Assembly (NCBI GenBank): GCA_905479165.1
Contig: CAJQLK010000065.1
Coordinates: 1-49,462, forward strand
Length of the DNA stretch: 49,462 nucleotides
Direction: 5' to 3'
Source of the DNA: an uncultured Flavobacteriales bacterium
GTDB taxonomy: Bacteria > Bacteroidota > Bacteroidia > Flavobacteriales > BACL11
Below the pieces are notes generated by a model. The model ran no database searches, was not told where the DNA came from, and saw only the letters and a list, made by a program, of their open reading frames with translations. Positions 20,375-29,844 of this stretch are shown piece by piece (within the stretch, counting starts at the first letter, position 1; the number at the start of each line of letters is the position of its first letter). The position numbers and the translations under genes are program-made.

Positions 20375-20597
20375 TATTAAGCTTATTTAATTGTTGTATT
20401 AAACTATACATGGAAATTATTAGAGCTAATAAAACAAACGCTATAGTAAACCAGTTTTTTTCTAGAGTATATTTAAGGTCCAAATATTTTCCTAGACAAG
20501 ATCCTAGATAAATTGTAATTCCAATCTGAAAAGAAGCGGATGTTAAAACAAGGTATTTGTTAAGCCGTTTTTTCCTTTTTTTCTTGTTTTTCGGCAT
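20367..20597 (-). CDS. AtpZ/AtpI-family small membrane protein
   Basis: The preferred start is the ATG at 20597, giving 76 aa (MPKNKKKRKKRLNKYLVLTSASFQIGITIYLG...). It has a basic N-terminus plus two TM helices, typical of AtpZ. The longer tracked ORF (to 20690) would lie inside the bactofilin gene. Confidence 0.6.
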   Translation of the reverse strand: MPKNKKKRKKRLNKYLVLTSASFQIGITIYLGSCLGKYLDLKYTLEKNWFTIAFVLLALIISMYSLIQQLNKLNNE

Positions 20598-20973
20598 GTT
20601 TAATGTCTTTAATAACCGCCCCCATACTACAAGATCCAGTAAATGAAGCCCCTGGCTCAATTGATAGTTTGTTAGTGATAATATCACCATTTAATTTAGC
20701 GGTAGATTTTAAAGACAATAATTGTGTTACTGAAATTTTTGCTTTAATTGTTCCAGAAACATCTGCATCAGCACAAACAACATCACCCTCAATAACACCA
20801 TCTTTTCCTAAAACAACCTTGCCAGAAGTGTTAACGGACCCTTTTAAAGTGCCATCAACTCTAATATCGCCTTTTGATTGAATATCACCTGTAATTACAG
20901 TGCCTGCGCCAATCATATTTATTGCAGCAGTTGTTTCTTTATTTTTCATAGCTTCATTTTTGTTTGTAAACAT
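20560..20973 (-). CDS. Bactofilin (polymer-forming cytoskeletal protein)
   Basis: 137 aa. Beta-helix repeats GTVITGDIQSKGDIRVDGTLKGSVNTSGKVVLGKDGVIEGDVVCADADVSGTIKAKI are characteristic of the bactofilin/DUF583 family. Confidence 0.8.
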   Translation of the reverse strand: MFTNKNEAMKNKETTAAINMIGAGTVITGDIQSKGDIRVDGTLKGSVNTSGKVVLGKDGVIEGDVVCADADVSGTIKAKISVTQLLSLKSTAKLNGDIITNKLSIEPGASFTGSCSMGAVIKDIKHAEKQEKKEKTA

Positions 20974-21019
20974 ATTTCTAGATTTTAATATCGCAAAATT
21001 AATAAATTCTTTTTATTCT

Positions 21020-23608
21020 TTATTCAATAGTTAAATAATTCTTTTTAAAGAAGTTGTGATAACCATCCTCATCCTTATTTTTATAAAATTCTTGGAAATT
21101 ATCAAAAGAAATGGCCATCACCTTGTGCTCTGATTTGTTAAGCTCTTTTAAGATGCTTTCTTCCAAAACAAACATTTCATGATAAGCCATAACATCAGAA
21201 GTATTATCAAATGTTTTTATCATTAGCAAATGTTTATCCAATCCTAAAAGTAATGAGCTTATTTCAAACACTTCATTTTCAAAGTCCTGTGAGTGATAGT
21301 CGGAAATAAGGGTTTTTAAATAAGTTATATCAACGGATCCTTTTGGTATTATAATGATTATCATTTGAGTTGAGGTGCTTCTGTATAAATAAGGAAAGCC
21401 AGCAATAGCCAATTCATTAGCTTTTTCCATTTTAGAGGGATCATTAAGGGCGTCCAAAATATGTTGAGCTTCTTTTGTTATTTTTTCATCTGCATCAAGA
21501 GAAATAAGTTTGTTTAATATTTCTGTTCCTCTATCATACTCATCTTTATTTAAAAATGATAAGGCTCTTAAAAACAAATATTTTGATTGATACTCGTTTT
21601 GTAAAATTACAGTTGTTTTATCTATTACCTGTTGATATTCTTCCAAAGTATAATTTGTAAAAACTGATCTGTAGTTCAGTTCTTCTTTAGCTAATTTATT
21701 TGTTGCTTCTAGTTTAAAATCAGGATTTGTAAGCATTTGAGCATAAATACTTTTTGGAAACCTTTTAAGTAATAATTGTTTTGAGTTTTGAGCTTCTAAT
21801 TTGTTATCAATATCTGTGTAGTTTAAATAAATACTGTAGCAAGAAAGTGGTGCGTACTGTTCGTCATCAGAAAACCTAGCGTACAAGACTGAAAAAACCT
21901 CAGTACTTTTAGTAATTTCTTCTAAATCTTCTTTATAAATTGTTCCTACTTGCAATAATGCTTCTTTAATTTGGGTGTTAGAAAGCTCAAATTCCTCATC
22001 TGAAGATGGTAGTTGGTCTAAATAAAATTTTGGATCTTTTTTGTTTTTTGTTGCTAGTGCTGATGAATCAATTGCTGATGAATCTACCTCTAAAACTGAA
22101 ATTATTTTTTTATCTTTTCTTCTCCAATCATCTTCTAACTTTCTTTTTCCCCATTTTTTTCTAAATTCTGACATACCAAAGCTTAATGTTGCTGGGTTGT
22201 AAAAATACCATTTTCCTCCAGAGGTATTGTTTCCAAACTGCTCTTCTCTTCCTCCGTTTATACCGCTTTGATAAGACATTTGCTGTCTTAACCTTTCGTT
22301 TTCTGCCTCTTCTAGTTCTTTTTCAACTTCAGCCTTTATAATTTGAGTTATTATTTGGTTCTGCTCAAATTTTGGAAGCATAGCAATCATTTGCAAGCTG
22401 TCTTGCAATTCAATAATATCTAAATTAGTTATAAGCTTGGAAAGTATCTTATGCTTTTCACTAGCGTCTTCATACATTCTAAAATCAGAATCCATATAAA
22501 ATAAGGTGCTATCATAATATATTTTTGATGACCTGTAAAGCGATCTCTCAAAATCAATAACACCAAGCTTTAAAAATGAAATTGCTTTTTGAGGGTTATT
22601 TTGTATGCTATTTACTGCAGATAATTTGTAATTTTCAATTGCAGAAATTGTGTCTTTGTTATTCATATCCATTTCTGCTAAAGTAAAGTAGATTTTATCA
22701 AGATACTCTTTATTTTTATCATCTCTGGTCATTTTAAGGAGTTTTTCTTTCATCTTTTTACTGTCCTTATTTCCGCTTTCTAATGATCTTGCTAAGTTCA
22801 TTTTTGCATTAAAAGTCATCACATATTCAGGATTTGATTTTAATACGAGTTTGTAATATTTTTGAGCTTGTGTGTGGTTTTTATCTTGTTGAGAAATCTG
22901 AGCTAGTATGTAGTAGTACCTTGATTTTTTACGCTTTCGTTTAATTAGTTGAGTAGCTTTAGTTAGCTCAGTAACTGCTTGTGAATAATCGCCTCTTTGT
23001 GTGTAATAATCAGAAGCCACAATTGCCAACTTTTTTTCTAGCTTATCAGGAAAGTTTTTATTATTCATGAGTTCGTCAAGCTCAGATTTAGCAGAAGAAA
23101 AATCACCTTTTTCAACATATGAACGAATAAGCCAAAGGGATGATTTATAAATTATCTCATTCTTTTTATATTCATTATTTATAAAACTAAATGTTTTGAT
23201 TGCTTCATCAAATTCACCTTTATAAAAATAGGATTTCCCAACCATAAAATAGTTGTCATCAATCCATTTGCAATACTCCTTTCCTTTTATTTTCATGGAA
23301 TGCCTTTGAATCACAATTGATCCTTTTTTAATGGCCTTATCCATATAAGAATGTGTTTTTTTAGATTTTTTTAAATCTCCTGTTGGATAAACAGAAAGAA
23401 TGTCTGTAAAATCGTCAATATGTTTTGCGTGCAGTTTTTTCACACCCAATCTCACACTTTCATTTCCATTAAAATATCCGTTAAATTTAGCGGTTGTATT
23501 ATGATACTGTCTGTTAACCCAAGATTTTTTCTTGGTAGAGCAAGAGGAAATTACAAGCAAAATTGAAAGTAAAATTACTAGTTTTATATGATATGTTCTT
23601 AGCTTCAT
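21020..23608 (-). CDS. TPR-containing lipoprotein, probable T9SS component PorW/SprE
   Basis: 862 aa with lipobox VISSCS. A post-lipobox WVNRQYHNTTAKFNGYFNG segment and multiple TPR units follow. Size and architecture resemble Flavobacterium SprE (about 870 aa). Family assignment is from memory. Confidence 0.55.
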   Translation of the reverse strand: MKLRTYHIKLVILLSILLVISSCSTKKKSWVNRQYHNTTAKFNGYFNGNESVRLGVKKLHAKHIDDFTDILSVYPTGDLKKSKKTHSYMDKAIKKGSIVIQRHSMKIKGKEYCKWIDDNYFMVGKSYFYKGEFDEAIKTFSFINNEYKKNEIIYKSSLWLIRSYVEKGDFSSAKSELDELMNNKNFPDKLEKKLAIVASDYYTQRGDYSQAVTELTKATQLIKRKRKKSRYYYILAQISQQDKNHTQAQKYYKLVLKSNPEYVMTFNAKMNLARSLESGNKDSKKMKEKLLKMTRDDKNKEYLDKIYFTLAEMDMNNKDTISAIENYKLSAVNSIQNNPQKAISFLKLGVIDFERSLYRSSKIYYDSTLFYMDSDFRMYEDASEKHKILSKLITNLDIIELQDSLQMIAMLPKFEQNQIITQIIKAEVEKELEEAENERLRQQMSYQSGINGGREEQFGNNTSGGKWYFYNPATLSFGMSEFRKKWGKRKLEDDWRRKDKKIISVLEVDSSAIDSSALATKNKKDPKFYLDQLPSSDEEFELSNTQIKEALLQVGTIYKEDLEEITKSTEVFSVLYARFSDDEQYAPLSCYSIYLNYTDIDNKLEAQNSKQLLLKRFPKSIYAQMLTNPDFKLEATNKLAKEELNYRSVFTNYTLEEYQQVIDKTTVILQNEYQSKYLFLRALSFLNKDEYDRGTEILNKLISLDADEKITKEAQHILDALNDPSKMEKANELAIAGFPYLYRSTSTQMIIIIIPKGSVDITYLKTLISDYHSQDFENEVFEISSLLLGLDKHLLMIKTFDNTSDVMAYHEMFVLEESILKELNKSEHKVMAISFDNFQEFYKNKDEDGYHNFFKKNYLTIE

Positions 23609-23701
23609 TCTGCTTGTAAACTGCTTTTGTTGAAATTTATTTTATGGCAATTTGTAAAATTCACGCAAATATGCTCATATTTTTATGATATTTGCAAACT
23701 T

Positions 23702-24556
23702 ATGCAAGATAAAGAGGGTTTAAATAGTTTCTGGAAAAAACTAATACATAAATATCGTTTTGTAATAATTACAAATGATTCTTTTGAGGAGAAATTATCT
23801 GTAAAATTAAACAGATTAAATATATTTGCTTTTACTAGTGTTTTTGTTTTTATCTGTTTTTCTAGTACATTATTTCTTATTGCTTATACCCCTTTAAAAG
23901 AATACGTTCCAGGAAAATCTACAACTGAAGTTCAAAAAAGTTTAATTGAATTAAACATTAAAACCGATTCATTAGAAAGAGCTTTGATCAGTAAGGAGGT
24001 TTATCTGCAAAACATAACTAATATTATAAATGGAGATGAGTTAATTACACCCGAAAATACAGAAGAAATTTTAAATTCTGAAAAAGAGATTTTTTTTAAA
24101 AAATCAATTGAAGATTCTCTTTTAAGAGTAACGGTAGAAGCTGAAGACAAAAGCTCTATTACTTTTAATAAAGAAAAAAATAATGAGTTTTTAATGTTCT
24201 ACCCTCCATTGGGTGGAATAATAACAGATAAATTTAACAAGAAAACGAGGCATTTTGGTGTCGATTTAGTGGCCAAGGAAAAATCAAGAATTTCTTCAGT
24301 GTTAGAGGGGACAATAATTGTTAGTCACTGGACTTCTGAAACTGGTTATGTAATTGGAGTGCAACATAAAAATGATTTCATCTCTATTTATAAGCATAAT
24401 TCGGTTTTATTAAAAGAGGTTGGTGATTTTGTAAACTCTGGCGATCATATTGCAATAATTGGGAATTCTGGAGAGCTTTCAACTGGGCCACATTTACATT
24501 TTGAGCTTTGGCACAAGGGAACTCCTGTAAATCCTGAAAATTACATTTCATTTTAA
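23702..24556 (+). CDS. M23 family metallopeptidase (membrane-anchored)
   Basis: The preferred ATG is at 23702 (MQDKEGLNSFWKK...). One TM helix. M23 motifs HFGVDLVAKEKSRI and GPHLHFELWHKGTPVNP. Confidence 0.8.
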   Translation: MQDKEGLNSFWKKLIHKYRFVIITNDSFEEKLSVKLNRLNIFAFTSVFVFICFSSTLFLIAYTPLKEYVPGKSTTEVQKSLIELNIKTDSLERALISKEVYLQNITNIINGDELITPENTEEILNSEKEIFFKKSIEDSLLRVTVEAEDKSSITFNKEKNNEFLMFYPPLGGIITDKFNKKTRHFGVDLVAKEKSRISSVLEGTIIVSHWTSETGYVIGVQHKNDFISIYKHNSVLLKEVGDFVNSGDHIAIIGNSGELSTGPHLHFELWHKGTPVNPENYISF

Positions 24557-24557
24557 T

Positions 24558-26045
24558 ATGGGTATTAAAGCGTCATTAAGTTTGCCTTTTGCTAAATTTA
24601 TTGTTACCAAAAACAGTAGGTGGAAAAAAAATGCTGTAAAAGTTCAGCAAAAACTAATGTTTAAATTAATTGAGCAGGCAAAAAAAACAAAATTCGGGAG
24701 GGAGCATAATTTTTCGAAAATTAGAAATTATTCTAATTTTAAAATGCAAATCCCAATTAGAGATTATGAAAGCTTAAAAGGGTATGTAAGCCATATAATT
24801 GACGGAGAAAAAGACGTTCTTTGGCCTGGAAAACCTCTATATTTTTGCAAAACATCAGGAACTACATCAGGGGAAAAATACATTCCAATTTCTAAGGAAA
24901 GTATGCCTAACCAAATTACAGCTGCTCGTGATGCAATTCTGAGTTATGTTGCTGAAACAAAAAATACATCTATAGTAAATGGGAAAATGATATTCCTACA
25001 GGGTAGCCCAAAACTTACAAAAACGGGAGATATTTTAACTGGCAGGCTTTCTGGTATTGTTGCGCACCATATACCTGTTTATTTAACAAAAAACCGTCTA
25101 CCTTCTTTTGAAACTAATTGTATTGAAGACTGGGAGATGAAAGTGGATGCAATAGTTGATGAAACCCTTGCTGAAAATATGAGTTTAATTTCTGGAATTC
25201 CTCCTTGGGTTCAAATGTATTTTGAAAAATTACAAAAAAAAACAGGGAAACTCATAAAATCTATTTTTCCAAAGTTTGACCTTTTTATTTATGGTGGCGT
25301 AAATTACGAGCCCTACCGAAAATCATTTGAGAAATTGATTGGAAAACAAGTTGATGGTATAGAGTTATATCCTGCTTCAGAAGGTTTTATTGCTTATCAG
25401 GATTCACAAACAGAAGAAGGGATGTTGTTGTGTGTAAATCATGGAATATTTTATGAATTTATACCATCAGAAGAATTTTTTAATAAAAATCCTACAAGGA
25501 TCTCTTTAGAAGATGTAGAGGTTGGGGTTAATTATGCAATTATTTTAAATACAAATGCTGGGCTTTGGGGTTATAATATTGGAGACACGATTAAGTTTGT
25601 TTCTATAAATCCTTATAGAATTATTGTAAGTGGCAGGATAAAGCATTTCACCTCAGCTTTTGGAGAACATGTTATAGCTGAGGAGGTTGAGAAATCATTA
25701 AAAGAAACGATAGAAATACTAACATCAGAAGTAAATGAATTTCATGTTGCTCCTCAAGTAAATCCAGTAGAAGGTTTGCCTTATCATGAGTGGTTGATTG
25801 AATTTGAAAAAGAGCCAGAAGATTTAAATAAGTTTGGTGTTGAAATTGATAAAACTCTTCAAAAATATAATTCTTACTACAAAGATTTAATTACTGGTGG
25901 AATTCTGAATCCTTTAAAAATAACTCCTATTTCTAAAAATGGATTTAGAGAATATATGAAATCAATAGGAAAACTTGGGGGACAAAACAAAGTACCTAGA
26001 CTAGCAAATGATAGAAAAATTGCGGATAAATTAATAGTATTTTAA
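24558..26045 (+). CDS. GH3-family (auxin-responsive-promoter family) adenylate-forming enzyme homologue
   Basis: 495 aa. FCKTSGTTSGEKYIP is the GH3 / acyl-adenylate P-loop-like motif. Length and the YPASEGF, GLWGYNIGD segments fit bacterial GH3 proteins. Confidence 0.75.
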   Translation: MGIKASLSLPFAKFIVTKNSRWKKNAVKVQQKLMFKLIEQAKKTKFGREHNFSKIRNYSNFKMQIPIRDYESLKGYVSHIIDGEKDVLWPGKPLYFCKTSGTTSGEKYIPISKESMPNQITAARDAILSYVAETKNTSIVNGKMIFLQGSPKLTKTGDILTGRLSGIVAHHIPVYLTKNRLPSFETNCIEDWEMKVDAIVDETLAENMSLISGIPPWVQMYFEKLQKKTGKLIKSIFPKFDLFIYGGVNYEPYRKSFEKLIGKQVDGIELYPASEGFIAYQDSQTEEGMLLCVNHGIFYEFIPSEEFFNKNPTRISLEDVEVGVNYAIILNTNAGLWGYNIGDTIKFVSINPYRIIVSGRIKHFTSAFGEHVIAEEVEKSLKETIEILTSEVNEFHVAPQVNPVEGLPYHEWLIEFEKEPEDLNKFGVEIDKTLQKYNSYYKDLITGGILNPLKITPISKNGFREYMKSIGKLGGQNKVPRLANDRKIADKLIVF

Positions 26046-27202
26046 TGAAAAAAAAGAAAAAACAAATAGCAATTTTAGGTTCAACTGGTTCAATAGGAAC
26101 GCAGGTCTTAGAGGTTATAAACGAACATTCGGATTTGTTTGAAGTGGATGTTTTAACCGCAAATAACAATAGTGCTTTATTAATAGAGCAAGCAAAAAAA
26201 TTCAAACCAAATACTGTAGTAATTACTAATGAAGATAAATACAAAGAGGTTGATGTTGCTCTTTTTGATTTAGGGATAAAAGTTTTTACTGGCGCTCAAT
26301 CGTTAGAAGAGGTTGTTGAAGGAGAGAATATTGATATTGTGCTTACTGCCTTAGTAGGTTATTCCGGATTAAAACCAACCATTAGGGCGATAAAAGCTAA
26401 GAAGAATATTGCTTTAGCCAACAAGGAGACCTTGGTTGTTGCTGGAGATTTAATCACGAAACTATGCAAGGAGTATAATGTTCAAATTTATCCAGTAGAC
26501 TCTGAACATTCTGCAATATTTCAATGTTTAGTTGGTGAGGTTTATAATCCTATTGAAAAAATATATTTAACAGCTTCTGGTGGACCTTTTAGGGGTTGGA
26601 TAAAAGAAAAACTACAAAACATCAAAAAAGAGCAAGCACTAAAGCATCCTAATTGGGAAATGGGTGCAAAAATCACAATTGATAGCGCAACCTTAATGAA
26701 TAAAGGTTTAGAAGTTATTGAGGCAAAATGGTTGTTTGATTTAAAACCAGAGCAAATTGAAGTTGTGGTTCACCCGCAATCAATTATTCATTCGGCTGTT
26801 CAATTTGAGGATGGTTCAATAAAAGCACAATTAGGAATTCCCGACATGAAACTACCAATACAATATGCGCTTGGATTTCCTGAAAGGTTGAAAAATACTT
26901 TTAAGCGTTTCAATTTTATGGATTACCCAAATTTAACTTTTGAAAAACCAGATGTCAAAACTTTCAAAAACCTTCAATTAGCTTATGATGCTTTGCAAAA
27001 GGGAGGAAATATGCCGTGTATTTTGAATGCAGCAAACGAAATTGCAGTAGCAGCATTTTTGCAAGATAAAATTGGTTTTTTAAATATGTCTGATTTAATT
27101 GCAGATTGTATGGAAAAAATTACTTTTGTTTCCAATCCGACTTTGGAAGATTATATCGATTCTGATGAAACGACAAGAAAATTAGCTAACGAACTATTAT
27201 AG
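26045..27202 (+). CDS. dxr: 1-deoxy-D-xylulose-5-phosphate reductoisomerase
   Basis: 385 aa. ILGSTGSIGTQVL NADPH-binding motif, plus DSEHSAIFQC and LANKETLV. Confidence 0.95.
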   Translation: MKKKKKQIAILGSTGSIGTQVLEVINEHSDLFEVDVLTANNNSALLIEQAKKFKPNTVVITNEDKYKEVDVALFDLGIKVFTGAQSLEEVVEGENIDIVLTALVGYSGLKPTIRAIKAKKNIALANKETLVVAGDLITKLCKEYNVQIYPVDSEHSAIFQCLVGEVYNPIEKIYLTASGGPFRGWIKEKLQNIKKEQALKHPNWEMGAKITIDSATLMNKGLEVIEAKWLFDLKPEQIEVVVHPQSIIHSAVQFEDGSIKAQLGIPDMKLPIQYALGFPERLKNTFKRFNFMDYPNLTFEKPDVKTFKNLQLAYDALQKGGNMPCILNAANEIAVAAFLQDKIGFLNMSDLIADCMEKITFVSNPTLEDYIDSDETTRKLANELL

Positions 27203-28540
27203 ATGGAATTTTTAATTAAAGCAGTTCAACTCTTAACGAGTTTATCAATACTAGTGGTACTACACGAGCTAGGACATTTTATACCCGCAAAATTATTCAA
27301 AACAAAAGTAGAGAAATTCTACTTGTTTTTCGACCCTTGGTTTTCATTGGTGAAAAAGAAAATTGGCGATACTGAATATGGAATTGGTTGGCTCCCTCTT
27401 GGTGGATATGTAAAAATTTCAGGAATGATTGATGAAAGCATGGACAAGGAGCAGATGGGCAGGCCTGCTGAACCTTGGGAGTTTAGAGCAAAACCAGCTT
27501 GGCAAAGGCTAGTTATTATGCTGGGCGGGGTTACTGTAAATTTATTGTTAGGTATTTTTATTTATTCTATGACTTTATTTGTTTACGGAGACAAGTATTT
27601 GCCAAACGAAAATTTAGTTGATGGGGTTTGGGTGGTAAGTGATATGGCAACCGAACTTGGTTTTGAAAATGGAGATAAATTTATGGCTGCTGATGGGGAA
27701 AAAATAGAGCGTTTCTCTGATGTTGTAGAGAAAGTGATTATTTCCAAAACAATAACGGTTGAAAGAAGTGGGTTCAAAACCGATATTAGCATGCCTATTG
27801 ATGTGGTTGATAAATTTTTAAATAATGAAAATAAGCAATTGTTTTACCCAAGAATCCCAACTATTATCAGTGGTTTTCCTGAAGGTTCGAATGCTGAAAA
27901 AGCAGGTTTAATGAAAAAGGATATACTTTTAGGAATCAATGGGCTTTTAATTCAATATTTTGACGAGTTTAAATCAGAATTATCGAAACACAGGGGTAAG
28001 AATATTGATCTTCTTGTTAATAGAAATAATAAAGAATTAATTATTTCTGCACCTGTTTCTAATGAAGGAACTCTTGGTTTTTCCCCCGCCAACCTTTCGC
28101 TAAAACAACTTGAGGATTTAGAGCTTTATAATCTTGCTTCTCATAAATATGGATTTGCCGCTTCTTTTCCTGCGGGCTATAATAAAGCAATAAAAAAACT
28201 AAGTTCATATATCGATCAGTTTATGTTGATTTTATCGCCTAGTACAGGGGCTTATAAGGGAATGGGTGGTTTTGGGGCGATTGGCTCTATGTTTCCAGCA
28301 ACATGGAATTGGGAGGTGTTTTGGAATTTAACGGCTTTCTTATCTTTAATGTTAGCATTTATGAATGTATTACCTATTCCAGCCTTAGATGGTGGGCATG
28401 TTGTGTTCTTAGTTTACGAGATTATAATGGGTAAGCCCGCTCCTGAAAAAGTAATGGAATACGCTCAAGTGGTTGGAATGATAATGCTGTTAAGTTTACT
28501 TGTTTTTGCAAATGGTAATGATATTTTAAGACTCTTTTAA
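27203..28540 (+). CDS. rseP: RIP (site-2) metalloprotease RseP
   Basis: 445 aa. HELGHF zinc motif, a PDZ-like middle region and NVLPIPALDGGH. Confidence 0.9.
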   Translation: MEFLIKAVQLLTSLSILVVLHELGHFIPAKLFKTKVEKFYLFFDPWFSLVKKKIGDTEYGIGWLPLGGYVKISGMIDESMDKEQMGRPAEPWEFRAKPAWQRLVIMLGGVTVNLLLGIFIYSMTLFVYGDKYLPNENLVDGVWVVSDMATELGFENGDKFMAADGEKIERFSDVVEKVIISKTITVERSGFKTDISMPIDVVDKFLNNENKQLFYPRIPTIISGFPEGSNAEKAGLMKKDILLGINGLLIQYFDEFKSELSKHRGKNIDLLVNRNNKELIISAPVSNEGTLGFSPANLSLKQLEDLELYNLASHKYGFAASFPAGYNKAIKKLSSYIDQFMLILSPSTGAYKGMGGFGAIGSMFPATWNWEVFWNLTAFLSLMLAFMNVLPIPALDGGHVVFLVYEIIMGKPAPEKVMEYAQVVGMIMLLSLLVFANGNDILRLF

Positions 28541-28541
28541 A

Positions 28542-29810
28542 TTGTTTGAGGCGCTAACTACATATCATTTAATAATCATTTTTTCGGTAACGATTATTAT
28601 TTCATATTTCTTTAATTTATATGCTAAAAAATCAGGAATACCTGCTGTTTTACTGCTAATAGGATTGGGAATTGGAATAAATTATGTTTTGCGTTTTTCT
28701 GGCTTTCCAAAACCAGATTTACTTCCTATTTTAGAGGTTTTAGGTGTGGTTGGATTAATCTTAATTGTGTTAGAGGCTGCTTTAGATTTACAGCTTTTAA
28801 AGGAAAAATTGGGACTCATAATTAAATCATTTTTAGTTGCTCTTATCGGTTTAGCGGGGACTGCTTATTTAGCTGCTTTAGCGCTTAACTATATCATGGA
28901 GGTTGAAGTGTTACTCGCTCTTTTGTACACCATTCCTTTATCAATTTTAAGCTCTGCAATTATTTTGCCTAGCATTGATGATTTGGATGAAGATAAGCGT
29001 GAATTCATGATTTATGAAAGTACTTTTTCGGATATTGTTGGGATAATTGGTTTTTATAGCGTATTGACTATGGTGGGGTCTGGTTCTAACGAAAATGTGT
29101 ATGGTGAGGTTTTTGGCAACTTAGCTTTAACTGTGGTTTTCTCAATTATTATTTCTTACATACTTATATATGTGTTTCAAAACATAAAGGGTCATGTAAA
29201 GTTGTTTTTACTAATTGCAATCTTGCTTCTGCTTTATGCTGTTGGTAAAATGTTCCACTTATCTTCTTTAATTATCATTCTTATTTTTGGCATGATACTA
29301 AACAACTACAAGGTGTTTTTCAGGGGAGGTTTAATGAGGTTATTGAATGAGGAAAAAGTAGAGGGTGTCCTGGATGATATGAAGGTGGTAACTGCCGAAA
29401 CTGCTTTTGTGGTAAGAACTTTCTTTTTTATCATCTTTGGTTGGTCGGTATATTTGGGCTCCCTTTTAAGTTTTAAGGTTGTTGTAATTGGCTTGGTTAT
29501 TTTGTTTGTAATCTATTTAGTTAGGGCTATAACACTATTTATTTTTAACGGAAAAAATATTGTTACTCAACTTTTTTTAGCTCCAAGAGGGTTGATAACC
29601 ATACTCCTGTTTTTTGCCATTCCTGAAGAGTTGTCAATTGGGCCTGAGTTTCAAGGAGTGCTATTATTTGTGATTTTGGTAAGTTGCCTTGTAATGACAT
29701 ACTCGTTAATTTCCTATAAAAAAAAACTCGCTCAAATTGGGGAATATGAAGATGAGGAACTGTTGGATGAAAAAGAAGTTGAGGAGAAAGAAAGTGTAGC
29801 CAAGGAATAA
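28542..29810 (+). CDS. Cation:proton antiporter family membrane protein
   Basis: 422 aa with a TTG start (no nearby ATG). About 11-12 TM helices and an acidic C-terminal tail, Na+/H+ exchanger-like. Confidence 0.7.
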   Translation: MFEALTTYHLIIIFSVTIIISYFFNLYAKKSGIPAVLLLIGLGIGINYVLRFSGFPKPDLLPILEVLGVVGLILIVLEAALDLQLLKEKLGLIIKSFLVALIGLAGTAYLAALALNYIMEVEVLLALLYTIPLSILSSAIILPSIDDLDEDKREFMIYESTFSDIVGIIGFYSVLTMVGSGSNENVYGEVFGNLALTVVFSIIISYILIYVFQNIKGHVKLFLLIAILLLLYAVGKMFHLSSLIIILIFGMILNNYKVFFRGGLMRLLNEEKVEGVLDDMKVVTAETAFVVRTFFFIIFGWSVYLGSLLSFKVVVIGLVILFVIYLVRAITLFIFNGKNIVTQLFLAPRGLITILLFFAIPEELSIGPEFQGVLLFVILVSCLVMTYSLISYKKKLAQIGEYEDEELLDEKEVEEKESVAKE

Positions 29811-29844
29811 CAAGGTATATCAAACTATAGCTCATCTTTTTTTC

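Noticed and set aside
20598-20690. N-terminal extension of the AtpZ-like ORF (tracked start 20690)
   Set aside because: It would place 31 extra non-hydrophobic codons entirely inside the bactofilin gene. The internal ATG at 20597 gives the typical basic N-terminus plus two-TM AtpZ architecture.
23627-23701. TTG-initiated extension of the M23 gene (tracked start 23627), and the minus-to-plus strand switch here as a possible replication origin
   Set aside because: The extension would leave only 18 bp for two divergent promoters, and it encodes an atypical Cys/Phe-rich leader, so ATG 23702 is preferred. The 93-bp spacer has no DnaA-box-like (TTATCCACA) words, and gene orientation alternates again after 32.6 kb, so there is no support for oriC.
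4953-24556. Three M23 peptidase paralogues (4953-6182, 8645-9904, 23702-24556) as a possible coordinated system
   Set aside because: They have different architectures and separate genomic contexts. Multiple M23/LytM paralogues are normal in Bacteroidota, and nothing in the sequence links them.
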